Shown in pieces: positions 1-13,965 of a stretch of DNA of 64,000 nt. The position numbers and the translations under genes were made by a program. Origin of the DNA: Eledone cirrhosa (lineage: Eukaryota); contig OZ024740.1 in NCBI GenBank assembly GCA_964016885.1, positions 347,820,001-347,884,000 of the forward strand. Direction: 5' to 3'. Below the pieces are notes generated by a model. It saw only the letters and a list, made by a program, of their open reading frames with translations, ran no database searches and was not told the DNA's origin. Position 1 is the stretch's first letter, and each line of letters begins with the position of its first letter.

Positions 1-174
1 AAGATGATATTTACCAAAAAGAAGAACAATGTATGTATATGTGTATATGTATATATGTATGTATATATATGTATATATATGTATGTAATGTGTATGTATA
101 TGTATGTATGTATATGTGTATATATATATATATGTATGTGTATGTGTATATATGTATATGTATATGTATGTATG

Positions 175-205
<31 letters not shown>

Positions 206-640
206 GTATATATGTATATATGTATATATATATGTATGTGTGTATGTATGTATATATGTGTATATATGTATGTATATGTGTATGTATTTGTATATGTGTA
301 TATATATGTATATATATATGTATGTGTATATGTATATATATGTGTATATATATATATGTGTATATATGTGTATGTATATATGTGTGTGTATATATATATA
401 TGTATGCATGTATATGTATATGTATATATATATAAGTATGTACATGTATATATGTGTGTGTATATATATATATATGTATGCATGTATATGTATATGTATA
501 TATATATAAGTAGGTAACAGCCGTACTAAGAGTGGGAAATGAAATATCGTTTCATTTTTTCCGTTTATATATATATATATATGTATATATATATGTATAT
601 ATATGTATGTATATGTATACATGTATACATGTATGTGTAA

Positions 641-687
<47 letters not shown>

Positions 688-2537
688 TATATCAAAGGGC
701 AAAGGAGCTCTTAAGCGTCAATGGCCATCCAAAATCACCGGGAAAGATGACCCCTTAGCCTTTGTCAAGGCAGAATTCTAGGAGAAGGAAAACTCTGATA
801 TAACACCTGCAACTCTGATGGTATCCAATGATGTTGACTTGTTCTTCTTTTTGGTAAATATCATCTTGGTTAAGATGATACATACATACATACGTACATA
901 CGTACATACGTATATACATACATACATACATAAATTTTGCATCTAATAACTGCATATACACTGTACAGATACAAAGCACACATATAACTCAAAACATACA
1001 CGTCCACACATACAATAACATCCATACCTACACATGCATGCATGCATATCTACCTAGTTGATGTAGTGTAAATTCCAATGAGAGAGTCTTGTAACTATGT
1101 TAGAAACCGACTCTCTTTCTATTGGCAACAAATTGTGAAATTATAAAACCAGAAGAACATACATACATACATACATGCATACATACATTTGGCTGGAATA
1201 AAGATATGTGTTCAAAACGAAAAATAAATGCAATATAGATTATTACAAAATAATTTATAAAAACTATAAATGACCCAATACAGGCTTTCAAGCGGCGGCC
1301 TCCTATTTAGAGATTTGTAACAGAATTCATTCCCAGCTTGAAGTTTGATCCATATTTATTACTTGATTTATTGAGGTGGTAAAGGATTGAAACCAATACA
1401 CGGAAGACATTTTTAGAAGTAATATTTCTTTGTCAGACATCAGACTAAATTTATAGTGTGTTGAAATTTCCAGATTTAACGAATTGTTTTTGAAGTATTT
1501 ATCGAATTTCATCAAAACAAAGTAAATAAATAGAGCTATGTTTTGACTATACAAAGCAAAAAGAATAAAAAGGAAAAAATGATTAAACCATCATATCATA
1601 ACGAAGCAACAACAAAAATATATTCATGTGGAGAATCTACACGTAAGAAAGCAGACAGACATACGGCAGAATTATAATTCATGAACGATAACTATCTGTC
1701 AGAAATACGTGGAAGCTATTGATGACCAAGCTATTAATACTTGATCTTACTCTAACGAGGTAATACGGCACTTGAAAGACTTATGTGTTGACTAAACGAT
1801 ATCAAAGCAGAGGGCAATATTCTTGGGTTAATTATTTGAACCATATCTGTAAATATATGTATGGCGCTAATTCTCTTTGATATTTTCTAAAGGAAATATT
1901 ATAGGATTATCATAGACGGTTGATAATTCAGACTGGTAGTTCTGGTGCTGGGTATGGGGAAATATGCAACTTAAATCGAGTGGAAAACACCACGTGTGAT
2001 TCTTCTGAATGTAGGAGATAAAGCAATATAATATAATGTGTGTGTATATGTGCGTTTTTATTCGATGCCTTATAAACTGTAACAGTATACATGTCTTCGC
2101 AACAAGGTGAATGAATATTTTATGTGGTGAAATGGAGGAAATATCGAATGAAGAATTAGAAGAGAAGACCCGACTAATGTTTAAAATATACAGAATAGAT
2201 AGCATAGAAAATGAGAGGTGGTGGGGTGTAAACTACAGAGCTACTGTAAATAAAATTTCCGTTTTGTCATAAAGTCATTTTATACCTATCATAACACCGA
2301 ACATGGAGTTCTCAAAACCGCAGTCACTCACATTAATGCGCTGACCACATTCCAACCTCAGATGAAACCCACTATCTAAAAGGAAAACAAATCTCGTTTT
2401 CAGCATATGAACTCCATAGGTATGAGTATACTCCTCAACGGCTTTTAATTCTACATTACACTCCCTCTCTCCAGGCTCCCCGAGTGTTCCTCCACCCCTT
2501 CTCTTTATTTAGATTTTTATATAGTCTGTTTTAAGTA

Positions 2538-2729
2538 AATAATTGTTTCTACTTTTGGCACAAGGCCAGCAATTACCCAGTGTATTACTGGTACTTTATT
2601 TTATCAACCCCGTAAGGATGAAAGGCAAAGTTAACCTTGGCGGGATTTGAACTCAGAATGGCATGGGCCGTAACTCTATGCGTCAAAGCATGGCGTCTGA
2701 CCCTCTACCGATACTGCCAATCCACCGCC
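2538..2729 (-). mobile_element. tRNA-derived SINE (Nin/Deu-like central domain), full length
   Basis: Sense GGCGGTGGATTGGCAGTATCGG (A box), GAGTTCAAATCCC (B box), TTTGCCTTTCATCCTTACGGGGT.GATAAAATAAAGTACCAG, (ATT) tail. Confidence 0.85.
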
Positions 2730-4178
2730 ATTTTACGTAAATAATATGGGTATGCTTGTGTGTAAGTGTGTGATTAAACACACGTAGTTGTGGTTATGTA
2801 TGTGTCTATACAACAGCATGTGTATGTGCCTGTCAGAGAGGAGATTTATGAATGTGTGCTTAATAGTACTGACCAATATTCTGTATTTGTGTTGAATTTT
2901 CAGAGCCTTAATATATAGGCATGGTCTCATCCTTTCCCTCCCACTCTCTTCACTAGTCCATATCACTGCCTTTGCTAAAGTTTTGGCTTTCCAAGTATTT
3001 CGAAATTTACAGTTCTGTCATGCACTTAGCATTTCAGGAGTACCACACTTCTATAACCTACTCCTCATTCAATAACCCTCTTCAATTAACTGAAAAATTC
3101 ATCTGATTTCTTTTATGTGAATGGTTGTAAAACTTCTTTGTCAATCCAGCCTGCGAAAATAACTACATCCCTTGTACGAGTATATTACAAGCTTCGACCG
3201 TTTCATACCTCAGACGTTTGGACCCCCCCTCCACCCCTGCAACCCTCTCCATTACTTTCCACACTTCATTTTACACCTTCATCTTACACCTTCCCTTCAA
3301 CTACTACACCCTTTACGAACATGCAGTCTCTCTCTCTCTCTCTCTCCCCCTCTCTCTCTCTCTCTCTCACTCTCTCTCACACACACTCTTTCTCTTTCTT
3401 CTTTCTTTCTCTCTCTAATTAAGGACAAAAGCTCGAAACCTTATAGACTTCATTCTTCACGGTGATTCTAAACTCATGCAACTTTGCCATGGTCTAATTA
3501 TCCGAGCCGCAGAATATTACCAGTTTCCACAACTTACCGTTTCACGGTCATTAAAAAAGGGTCCCATTTACTAATGTACTCATAGAAGACAGGTTAGTTG
3601 TGGTTAGAATATCACAGTTCTTCTCTATTAGGGCAGTCCTCTACCTACAAAACATCAATAGCACCCTACTCAATCTATGAACCAACGAAAAACCCTCAAA
3701 ACTCTTATCCAATATGCCAGATACAGTAGTTAGATCTCTCTTGAATCGGCCCATCATAAAAAGTCACCTTTGATAACGTAAACAAAAAATCACTAAATCG
3801 TTCAAACACCTTTTCTCAGAGATCTATTCAATCAAGTCTTATAATAGAGCTAACCATCACCATCAATAACAGCATCCACTACAGCCGTCACCACATTTAA
3901 TAACAACAAATACAAGTGATAGCAAGACTTATACAACCGACACAAGCAAAGGACGGCTAATAAGATGTATATCAATTTAGTGTTCATTAGTCGACGCTTC
4001 AATATAGATTTTCATCTAAATTTGTACAATACCCCGTGTAAAAAGTTTTCAATCACATAATTATTGAACTCATCAATAGTCAAACAGTTTCAAACTGACA
4101 GACAAACACTTTTCGTATAGCGATGTCTATCCTGACGATTAAATAAAATTGTTAAAAACATATATATATATAATTCTA

Positions 4179-4675
4179 TCTATATACTATTAAAATTGTG
4201 ATTGTGTGCTTGTCTGTAATTTAATACAGCCAAAACGGCGCATAATGAGAAAATACTTTGAAAGGAAGTTGGCTCTGAAATGGGAATACAAATGGAATAA
4301 AACAAGTTTCACGTAAATCGGAGCACGTGTTCCCGAGATACGGGGATTTTCCGGGTACCTTCATAAACAGAGAGAGAAAGATAGAGAGAATGAGATAGTG
4401 GTTGTGAGAGAGTAGATTGAAAGAGAGACATATATATAGAGAGAGAGTGAGAGAGAGAGAGAGTGATAGAGAGGGAGGAAGGAAACAGAGAAGGAAAATT
4501 GAAAAGAGAGAGAGAGAGCTGGTGGTGTTGTATGACATTACAATACACACACACACGCACACACACATATGGGTCTCCCAATTTCATTTTACATTATATA
4601 CATGTGTGTGTATATTTTAATTATTTAACAATTAATTTTAATTGAACGTGACACAACGAGTCACGGGTAGTCTAG
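4179..4675 (+). mobile_element. Non-autonomous Helitron
   Basis: A|TCTATATACTATTAAAA start, CGTGAC/GTCACG subterminal hairpin, CTAG|T end. Second copy at 35197-35788. Confidence 0.78.
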
Positions 4676-6149
4676 TACATTCTAATTGTCAGATCGTTAC
4701 GGCGTCGATAATCGTTCCGGCTCTATGTGGTTCAATTTAATATCCCTCCTAGGACAACTTTGATTTTTATCGTTTTGCGATCGATGAATAAGTACTAGTT
4801 CAGTGTTGCGATAGATCCTTCTTCAATAAGTATTGAATTCAATCTACCCCCCTCCTCTCTCTCGCCCTGTTGCTCTTTTTTTCTCCGGAGGAAATCAGCT
4901 CTGTTTCGATTAAGATGCTCCTAACACCCCATCAAGAGTTAAGGCCTCACAACACGGCCTATATTCTATTATCCATGCATGTAACCACATTTTACACTGA
5001 CATTTAGATTGTCTGTTAGCTGAAAGATGTATGTGTTCGTAGGTCGACAAATGAGATTAGGAACATGGTGAGTTATCCGAAGTATTGTGTCACCAACAGC
5101 TACTTCGTATTTTGAAATGGAGAAGTATAGGTAACAGAGATTTTGAAATATACGTCTATATTTACTACAGAAATTGAAATTTTAATTCAGAAAATAATGT
5201 ACAAGTTTCGCTTGTGTCATACTTTGTAAAATCTTGACAATCTAATGACAGTCTCTCTACAACATAAGTCCTAAAGGTTGTCAACACAGAACCCCAAGGG
5301 TCAATGGGACATATACCTATACGCTTCTGCCAGACACCGCTCGGCGGCGCCGACCGCCAGTGTTATATTCATATCTATGGCTTTCAGAATGTTTATTTAT
5401 AAACATACAGTATTTCTTTAGATATACGAGTGCGTGTGTGTGTGTACACATAAAGAGAAAGAGAGAGAGAGAGAGAGAGAGGGGGGGTAGGTAGGTACAT
5501 AACAGTATGGTGTGGCTTGAGGGAGAATTTTCTGCTCATTTTACTAGGTCTACCTACCATATACTGGATTGGCTTATACAATATATGATAGCAAATAGCT
5601 CCCAAACGGAACTCCTGTATTTTGAGGGAGATTTGGTTACTATTTCTAGCTACCATGTAGTGGCTTGCTCTTTTGTCCCATATATATATAAATATATATA
5701 TATGTATATACAGATAGATATAGAGTAATACATAATACATATGTATATACAGATAGATATAGAGTGATACATAATACATATGTTATAGTTTGAGGAGTAT
5801 TGGCTGCTATTTCTACTATGTCTAGCTACCATGTAGAGGCTCTACCACATTGGCCTATACAATATAAACTAGTAATTAGCTCCTAAACAGAACTCTTTGA
5901 GGCACTTGTGTATAGGTTGGTGTGCTGCGAGATACCGTTAGTTCCATCGCGTAGGAGAATGATTCGATTTTAAAACGGGGAAAAATATAAATTACCTATT
6001 GCAAGAATGTTTGTATATAACTCTCCTCTGTTCGGCTTCCCTTCGGCGATACGGACCTATTAGATGCAAAGAAGGTTTTCTATATTTTTTTGAAAAAAGA
6101 AGTGCGTTTAATAGTCTGGCGAATAGGGTAAACTAAAAATAAAAACGTT

Positions 6150-6250
6150 GGTTTCTGATTTAGGCACTAGGCCAACAATTTTGGGGAAGGGGGAAAGTCG
6201 ATCAAATCCATCCTAGTGTATTACTGGAACTTTATTTTATCGACCCCCAT
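6150..6250 (-). mobile_element. SINE 3' half, same family (long-tail variant)
   Basis: GGCACTAGGCCAACAATT...GTCGAT...TTTATTTTATCGACCCC. Confidence 0.65.
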
Positions 6251-6596
6251 ACAGGGCTGGGGGAACTGAGGTGTTAGTGCAGAGGGGCATACCCCACCCC
6301 CCAATAAAAAATTATATTTTTTCCCCTAACTACCAAAACACACATCTATTTGTATATGCGCTACAATTTATGTACATGTTATATTTATCGCATATCAGTT
6401 TTTTTTTCTATATCTTGGTTGATATTTGATAACAGTTAAACTAATCACTAGAATAAAATTGACAAAATTTGCCCCTCATACAATTCAGAAATGCCCCCCC
6501 CCCTCCCATCCCTGTATGCACACACACACACACTCACGCGCACGCACGCACACACTCACGCGCACGCACACACACACACACACTCACGCGCACGCA

Positions 6597-6635
<39 letters not shown>

Positions 6636-7154
6636 GTGCTATTTGCACTACCAGAAATACCACTCTCCTTGCGGTTTTCCGGTAGTCTGTTTGCTTGTGA
6701 TTCCAATGCATCTATGAACATATACAAATGTATGAAATAGGAAAATAACATTTGACATGCAAACCATACAAACAGGCATAACATGTTATGAGGACGAAAT
6801 TAATTTTCTACGCTATTATATTTTAAATTAAATATAAATTTGAAAGCAGAAGCAAGGGAGAAGAGTTCCAGCTAGACCTTGTCAACAAAATCTTCATACG
6901 GTTTAATTACACAACAGGTCTCCGATATCTGAATGGCTAAATGTCAGCAGAAGAGTACTCAGGAGTCATGACCTGGATGCAACCCGGCCCCTTTAGAGTG
7001 AAAAAAGCTAGGGGCTGAAACACTTGCTTGAGAGAGGGTTTCTTCTCTGAAGATCTGCTGTCCAGCTCTCCTGAGAGTTTGTTACCACTGGTGTACACAA
7101 GTGGAAAGTGCTATGCGGCAATATTTGTGTTTTGGCAATAGGAAATATGTTATG

Positions 7155-7347
7155 ATGGTAGGATTGGTAGTATCGGTAGAGGATCGGACGCCATGCTTTG
7201 CAGCATAGCGTTACGGCCCTTTATGATCTCAGTTATAATCCCGCCGAGGTTAACTTTGCCTTTCATCCTTACGGGGTCGATAAAATAAAGTACCTGTAAT
7301 GCACTGAATAATTGCTGGCCTTCTGCCAAAATTAGAAACAATTATTA
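7155..7347 (+). mobile_element. SINE, same family
   Basis: Matches the consensus of 2538-2729. Confidence 0.82.
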
Positions 7348-7807
7348 CTGTAATTCATGTTTCCCTATTTTTTTTAATCATTTAGAGTCAATTTAGCTTC
7401 CTGCTTATGGATATTATGTTTCGGATTGTAGTCTGAATGTCAGACCGTCGACAGTAGTACCCATGTAAGAATCGACCACCAAAATTAAAATTTGTCATAA
7501 ATTTTCAATGGGTATATGCATTGTACACAGATACACGCAAACGCATACATTCACCATGCACACACACACATATATATATAAGTATATATGATAATATAAG
7601 TATGTACACGTACATACATATATGTATACAGACATACAGTAGTATGTATATATATATATATACATACATGCACACACATATATATATGTACGTATGGATT
7701 CACCGAACATTTATTATAATGCTCGGTGTGTTTGTAAACAAACATCCCGTATTAAGCCGTAGTGTCTAGCAACCATCGTTGCTCGTTTGTTCAACACTGA
7801 CAAAGGA

Positions 7808-7850
7808 ACGCTGTACTAGTTTCAAGCTTATTAGCTATCGTCAGCAGCGT
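7808..7850 (-). ncRNA. Minimal type I hammerhead ribozyme (PLE type)
   Basis: Minus strand ACGCTG-CTGACGA-T-AGCT-AATA-AGCT-T-GAAA-CTAG-TA-CAGCGT. Confidence 0.82.
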
Positions 7851-8007
7851 ATACCTTCCTGCCAGATTGTTGAACGTATATACTTACCTTATGCATATTA
7901 ACGGCTGAGTAGCCCAATTTGCATATCGAGTGGGTTAATCGGCCGGGTGCACCGAAAACGATAAACGGAAAAAATGAAATACGTTCAACAATCTGGCAGG
8001 AAGGTAT

Positions 8008-8050
8008 ACGTTGCTGACGATAGCTAATAAGCTTGAAACTAGTACAGCGT
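8008..8050 (+). ncRNA. Minimal type I hammerhead ribozyme (PLE type)
   Basis: ACGTTG-CTGACGA-TAGCTAATAAGCTT-GAAA-CTAG-TA-CAGCGT. Stem I has one G-U pair. Confidence 0.82.
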
Positions 8051-8348
8051 TCCTTTGTCAGTGTTGAACAAACGAGCAACGATGGTTGCTAGACACTACG
8101 GCTTAATACGGGATGTTTGTTTACAAACACACCGAGCATTATAATAAATGTTCAGTGAATACATACGTACATATATATATGTGTGCATGTATGTATATAT
8201 ATATACATACTACTGTACGCCTGTATACATATATGTATGTACGTGTACATACTTATATTTAAGTAACAGCCGTACTAAGAGTGGGAAATGAAATTTCGTT
8301 TCATTTTTTCCGTTTATATATGATATATATATATATATATACATATAT

Positions 8349-8417
<69 letters not shown>

Positions 8418-8429
8418 GTGAGAGAGAGA

Positions 8430-8630
8430 GCGTCGAACGCCATGCTTTGCAGCATAGAGTTACGGCCTTTTACTTTCTGAGTTCAAATCCCGCCGAGTTC
8501 AGCTTTGCCTTTCATCCTTACGGGGCCGATAAAATAATGTACTAGTCACACGCTGGGGTCGATCTAATCGACTTTCCCCTTCCCCAAAATTGCTGGCCTT
8601 GTGCCTATATAAGAAACCATTATTTTTATT
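8430..8630 (+). mobile_element. SINE, same family (long-tail variant, 5' truncated)
   Basis: B box GAGTTCAAATCCC, central domain, GTCGAT/ATCGAC hairpin in the tail. Confidence 0.8.
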
Positions 8631-9554
8631 ATTAGTGACTAATAAGTCTATTGCTTACAAACAGTAATTTAAACTCACACCAATGCAATTTGGTTTCTCA
8701 CTTGAATTACTCAATTTCCCATGACAGACACGAGCAAGAGCAGTGAATTCACGCACATAAATTTGCATTCATTACAATAAATATGTTATATATTCTCTTT
8801 ACATGATTATTTATTTATTTATTATTGTACATGCCTGGGGTCACTGAGGGTTCAGGGAATCCATGAAGAGACCGATCATCTAAACTATTTCAGTATCTCT
8901 CTCGATCGGCTTGCTAATAATAATAATAAAAATGTAAAATTTCCCTCTAGAGGTGAAAGATACATTCGATATTGCAGTTGTTGATATGTCGTTTCTAATA
9001 ATGACATTTTTTGGTTCTTAAATGTATTTAGCTGTGAATGTTGGAATCAGTTGAGCGAAGTACAACAAAGATTATTATATTTGACTATATCTATTTAACC
9101 TTATAGTTCAAATAAAACTGACGTTCACTTAACATTTCCACCTTTCGGATTTGATAAAGTAATAAAGTCGATATAAACAAATCTACTCTTGAATGGGGTG
9201 AGTTAACATAATATGACGGTTTGATACATTCATTCAAAATAAAAGTTGTATTTCGTAAAAGTGATAAATATTATCAGCTTCATCATCTTCATCATCGTTC
9301 GATTGCAGTAGGAGAGGGCTATACAACTCCTCAACCCTCTGTTACTTTCATTACCAACTGAAGTTTCGTGATCGGGTCATTAGAATTGGTGATCGATGGG
9401 ATGTGAATCCCTAGGCGGAACTGGACCCCAGAACGCAAAGTACCTAAGGCAGATACACCAATTCACTTCTCCCTATATTGAAACATTTCCACTAATGAGA
9501 AAAGTACTTAACTTTATCGACACCACCGACGCAAAAACTACAACTAGACACCAC

Positions 9555-9885
9555 AATCCGACTAACTCACTCGATATGCAAATTAGGCTGCTCAGCCGTT
9601 AATATGCATAAGGAAAGTATATACTTTCAAACGTTCAATCATCTGACAGGAAGGTATACGATGCTGACGATAGCTAATAAGCTTGAAACTAGTTCATCGT
9701 TCCTTTGTCAGTGTTGAACAAAAGGGCGACGATGGTTGCCGAACACTGTACAGCTTAATTCCGGTTGTTTGTTTACAAACAAACCGAACATAATAATAAA
9801 CGTTCGGTAAACCCATACGTACATATATATATGTGTGCATATATGTATATATATACATACTACTGTACGTCTGTATACATATAAG
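9555..9885 (+). repeat. Diverged third copy of the 7593-8317 HHR element
   Basis: Aligns to 7979-8230 directly and to 7877-7941 in reverse complement. Confidence 0.75.
9658..9700 (+). ncRNA. Minimal type I hammerhead ribozyme (PLE type)
   Basis: ACGATG-CTGACGA-TAGCTAATAAGCTT-GAAA-CTAG-TT-CATCGT. Stem I is compensatory relative to the 7808 and 8008 copies. Confidence 0.82.
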
Positions 9886-9949
9886 TAACCCATGCTAGCG
9901 TGGAAGAACGGACGTAAAACTGTGATGATGATGTACGTATGCATACTTA

Positions 9950-10014
<65 letters not shown>

Positions 10015-10075
10015 GTGTGTGTGTGTGTATGAATATATATATAGTTCTAGTCCTGTAGAATCTCATCTATATTAA

Positions 10076-10118
<43 letters not shown>

Positions 10119-10121
<3 letters not shown>

Positions 10122-10358
10122 TTAATATAGATGAGATTCTACAGGACTAGAACTGTTTCATTCTTTAGAAATCATCAGGAATCTGGGTATCAAAAAATAA
10201 GTATGGTATTTATAGGTCTCTTCAGGTGGTAGGAGAGGGTAGGGAGTGGGATTGGTGTAGGTCATTGGTTGATAGAAAAGGGAATTCATTAAAAGCTAAT
10301 TCTTCAAAGCTATAGTTTATTTTTAGAGTAACAAAGGCAGAAATAATTCTATAAACAA
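10119..10358 (-). repeat. Inverted PLE terminal repeat (pLTR) segment carrying an HHR, fused to the 5'-truncated ORF
   Basis: Near-identical reverse complement of 15841-16080. Joins the ORF at ATAAACAA (10351-10358). Confidence 0.8.
10134..10184 (-). ncRNA. Type I hammerhead ribozyme
   Basis: Minus strand AGATTC-CTGATGA-TTTCTAAAGAAT-GAAA-CAG(TTCTAGTC)CTG-TA-GAATCT. 6-bp stem I, CAG/CTG stem III. Confidence 0.85.
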
Positions 10359-11603
10359 TGGATCTTATTGGATCAACAAGAAATCTCAGACCCCATTTGA
10401 CGTTAGCATGGGAGCGAGTGACTCGGCTGAAATTAGCGACCTTGTGGGCTTGTACATCCTACATCACCTGAAGAACCTCTTTCCGGCCTAACCGGAGGTT
10501 TATACCGAGACGACGGCCTCTTCGCCCTGCACAAGGTTAACCCCAGAGCCACCGATGGGTTTCGGAAAAACTTAAGCTCGTTCTTCTCTAATCTAGGATT
10601 TAGTATAACTATAGAATCTAATTTGACTAGGGCCAACTTCTTAGATGTCACTCTCGACCTAGATACTTCCCTCTATTACCCGTACCACAAACCTAACGAG
10701 TCCCTTAGATATATTAATGTTAATTCTAACCACCCTCAAAACATCACTGATAACTTAGTAAAAAGCGTCTCTATTAGAATATCTGGCCTCTCCGCCAACA
10801 AAGATATTTTTAACGCCTCTGCCTCCTACTACAATGACGCCCTCGCCCGCAGCGGATTTAAAAAAAAGATAACCTACCTAGAAACCACCGCAAGTTTGCA
10901 GAGGAGGAATAGGCATAGGCAGATTAGCTGGTACAACCCTCCTTTCAATAGAGAGGTCTCTACACCGATAGCTAGGATTTTCTTCACTTTGCTGAAAATA
11001 CACTTCCCCATACAACATAGGTACCACACCATCTTTAATAAGAACACAATAAGACTCTCCTACTCCACCACACCTAACCTAGCTAGGAATATAGCCAACC
11101 ACAATTCTAAAAAATTAAATAAGCCAACCACCTCCGAACTCAATCCCCGGACTGGGGCTTTGTGTAATTGCCTAAATAAAGAAGCATGCCCACTTGAAAA
11201 CAAATGCCTCACAAATGATATCGTATACAAATGCGATGTCATCTCAGGCACCGATGATTGCAATAACAAAAGAACTTACATCGGCATGACTTCCAATAAT
11301 TTTAAGACCTGTTGGTATGCCCATACCCACTCCTTCAGAAGACCGGACAAATCAAACCAGACAACACTCGCCTCCTATGTTTGGGACCTCAAAGGGAACT
11401 CCACCCCCTTCACGCTTAAATGGAAAATACTCCACAAGCGCGCGAGGACACAAGGACTGCGATCTTTGTATCTCAGAGAGCTACGAAATTTTATTCGCCA
11501 AGGTCCGCTACTGAACAAACTCTCTGAACACTGCCCGAACTGCATGCACAAGAACTTTGCAACTTTCAAATACTTTAAACCAGTGTTAAAGCCCGATGGC
11601 TAA
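10352..11603 (+). pseudogene. 5'-truncated, frameshifted PLE RT/GIY-YIG ORF of a second type (YRDD, possibly Nematis-like)
   Basis: PFDVSMGASDSAEISDLVGLYIL, frameshift near 10485, then GGLYRDDGL, NFLDVTLDL, WYNPPFN, CNC..CPL..KCL, IVYKCDV...YIGMTSNNFK. Clade name is tentative. Confidence 0.88.
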
Positions 11604-11739
11604 AAACGACCTCCTCCTTTTAGCCCCTATACCTCCTTCCCACCCTACCCCCACCCCTCCTCAACCTGAAATACGGCCACTATGATTATGTGAGTACCTC
11701 TTACCTATCTGCATTTTCTGCCTGTAGAGCTGTTTTTAT

Positions 11740-13212
<1,473 letters not shown>

Positions 13213-13755
13213 AAACAATTAAGTTAAAAATGTACATCCACATATGTATACTGAAATACTAGTATGCATATGAATACACACACGTATACATATGTAGATG
13301 TACCAAGTCTTTCACTGGTCACTTTACTGTGAGTATCCAGCTATTCTGTATGTAAACACACAGACAAACCGGTTTTTAGAGTCATACTGGTTTTTGAGGA
13401 AACACCTTTCCTCTATTCTCCAGAAAGCCAGACAAGGAATATTGAACTAGTTTCGTTGTTGTTACAACTCATCAGCAATATTTACCTATCTACCGGCCTT
13501 TCTGGAGAATCGTAAAAGCACATATCGTTATATGCTTTTTCTATGAAAATTAGTAGTGGGCAGACTAATTTGCATAGAGTGTGAGTACGTACCGGTTCAA
13601 CGGAGACGATAAAAACAAATAACGAAACGAAATTAAATTTCGTTTCGTTTGTAACTCACTTTTGTATGACTGACGCTTAAACAATTAAGTTAAAAATGTA
13701 CATCCACATATGTATACTGAAATACTAGTATGCATATGAATACACACACGTATAC
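13213..13755 (-). repeat. HHR-containing unit bounded by about 78-bp direct repeats (offset 465)
   Basis: AAACAATTAAGTTAAAAATGTACATCC...CGTATACA occurs at 13213-13290 and 13678-13755, with HHR 13438-13482 between them. Confidence 0.65.
13438..13482 (-). ncRNA. Minimal type I hammerhead ribozyme
   Basis: Minus strand AATATTG-CTGATGA-GTTG(TAACAA)CAAC-GAAA-CTAG-TT-CAATATT. Stem I is extended distally by ATTCTCCAGAAAG/CTTTCTGGAGAAT (13415-13510). Confidence 0.82.
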
Positions 13756-13921
13756 ATACGTCAGTATGTATACGTGTGTGTATTCATATGTACATTATGT
13801 GTATATATATGTATGTGTATGTATATATATGTATATATGTGTATATATGTGTGTATGTGTTTGTGTGTGTGTGTGTATATGTGTATTTGTGTAGTTCTCT
13901 GTGTGTGCATTTATTTATATA

Positions 13922-13965
<44 letters not shown>

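Larger units (their letters stand above)
7593..8317. repeat. Fold-back pair of HHR-bearing pLTR-like elements (arms 7593-7879 and 7979-8259)
   Basis: Arms are near-perfect reverse complements. A third family copy lies at about 9555-9885, and the terminal 55 bp recurs at 514-568. Confidence 0.85.

Noticed and set aside
1930-2010. GYG-encoding stretch as K2P exon 2
   Set aside because: Wrong strand and no channel-like flanking residues.
2640-2729. SINE heads as tRNA genes
   Set aside because: A and B boxes are present, but no clear cloverleaf and always joined to the SINE body.
5540-5900. Short imperfect direct repeats
   Set aside because: Local degenerate duplications with no recognisable element structure.
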